Assembly: GCF_003428155.1 (NCBI RefSeq)
Contig: NZ_QLIR01000006.1
Coordinates: forward strand, 60,539 to 92,538
Source of the DNA: Fastidiosibacter lacustris
GTDB taxonomy: Bacteria > Pseudomonadota > Gammaproteobacteria > Francisellales > Francisellaceae
DNA: 32,000 bases
Direction: 5' to 3'
The notes under the pieces are model-generated. The model saw nothing but the letters and a program-made list of their open reading frames with translations, did not search any database and was not told where the DNA came from. Below are positions 31,306 through 32,000 of the stretch, in pieces. The number at the start of each line of letters is the position of its first letter. Positions within the stretch are counted from its first letter, which is position 1. The position numbers were made by a program, and so were the translations under genes.

Positions 31306-32000
31306 TTAATCCTGCTTTATATAAGTATGGGAGTCAGCATTATTCTTTAAAGACTGCTTAATACCTTGAGCATTTCGCAGTTCACTGTTGAAATGAGAAC
31401 CATGATTACCAAATTTATGTCCTAACGTATGCTCACGAATCGTAGCTGTACTTTCATCAGCAATCTTAAATTCGTAAACTCGCCCTTCAACATGACCTTG
31501 TTGGTCTCTAATTTTTTCGTGATACGTATTGCTTGGTTGCTGGCTTCTAGGTATTCCAGCTTTTTCCTTGGCCTCTCTAAATGCCGCTTTTCTAAAGAGA
31601 GTGCTATCTGCCCCTTTTGGAACAGTAGTCACAAACTCACGTATTTTACCTGCTTCATGGCTAACTTGAGTTGTTTTCCCAGTTGCAACACTTGCCTTAA
31701 CATTCTCCACAACCATCTTTGGTACAGCAGCTTTAGCCAGAAACATTCCTCCTCTAACCGCTACTTTACCTATAGTGTAAGGAACTCCTATCACGGGGAT
31801 TGATACCCCTAAATACATAGATGCAGTAGTCCCTGCGTAATAAGCAGAAGCATTAACTATTCCATTTTCATAACCAAACCCTGTTAAGCCAAATGTCGTA
31901 TCATCCATAAAACCATTGGCAAAATGGGTGGCTAAACGTTTAATATAATCCGATAAATCTAGCCCTGTTTGTAGTTGAAGGCTATGTAACGGTCGACTAT
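31306..32000 (-). CDS. C-terminal end of a larger protein with polymorphic/Rhs-type toxin-tip features (5' end beyond window)
   Basis: Frame remains open through 31998 (SRPLHSLQLQTGLDLSDYIKRLATHFANGFMDDTTFGLTGFG...); C-terminal FREAKEKAGIPRSQQPSNTYHEKIRDQQGHVEGRVYEFKIADESTATIREHTLGHKFGNHGSHFN resembles the GIPxSQQP...GHxFG..GSHFN tips recalled from Rhs/polymorphic toxins. Confidence 0.6.
   Translation of the reverse strand, partial: SRPLHSLQLQTGLDLSDYIKRLATHFANGFMDDTTFGLTGFGYENGIVNASAYYAGTTASMYLGVSIPVIGVPYTIGKVAVRGGMFLAKAAVPKMVVENVKASVATGKTTQVSHEAGKIREFVTTVPKGADSTLFRKAAFREAKEKAGIPRSQQPSNTYHEKIRDQQGHVEGRVYEFKIADESTATIREHTLGHKFGNHGSHFNSELRNAQGIKQSLKNNADSHTYIKQD

Noticed and set aside
31113-31803. 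Plus-strand ORFs 31113-31361 and 31429-31803
   Set aside because: Antisense to the toxin/immunity pair, which has the more protein-like sequence and gene layout.

Overview
This 32 kb window comes from a low-GC gammaproteobacterium. Gene style is loosely reminiscent of the Francisella/Cysteiniphilum-type lineage, but that is an inference. The core (about 12.0-25.4 kb) is a near-complete S10-spc-alpha ribosomal protein supercluster (rplC to rplQ, with secY, rpmJ and rpoA). rpsJ (S10) is not at its usual place ahead of rplC. The roughly 690 bp there is ORF-poor and holds a near-perfect inverted-repeat element, a promoter and a strong terminator-like hairpin in the leader. Upstream are a truncated outer-membrane protein, an AEC-like permease, a HAD phosphatase, an FAD oxidoreductase, tRNA-Asp/tRNA-Thr, an Fe-alcohol dehydrogenase, glyQ without adjacent glyS, rmuC, an unusual GDPD-CinA fusion ORF, and purE. 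Downstream are a TIGR01777-like epimerase, hemH, rpoZ, tRNA-Val, rpsF-rpsR-rplI and adk. The right edge is accessory in character. It has the C-terminal end of a larger protein resembling polymorphic (Rhs-type) toxin tips, followed 2 bp later by an uncharacterised single-TM candidate immunity protein, then an AT-rich segment with a perfect 21-bp inverted repeat and small unannotated ORFs. The best candidates for follow-up are the toxin/immunity pair, the GDPD-CinA fusion, and the rearranged S10 operon head.
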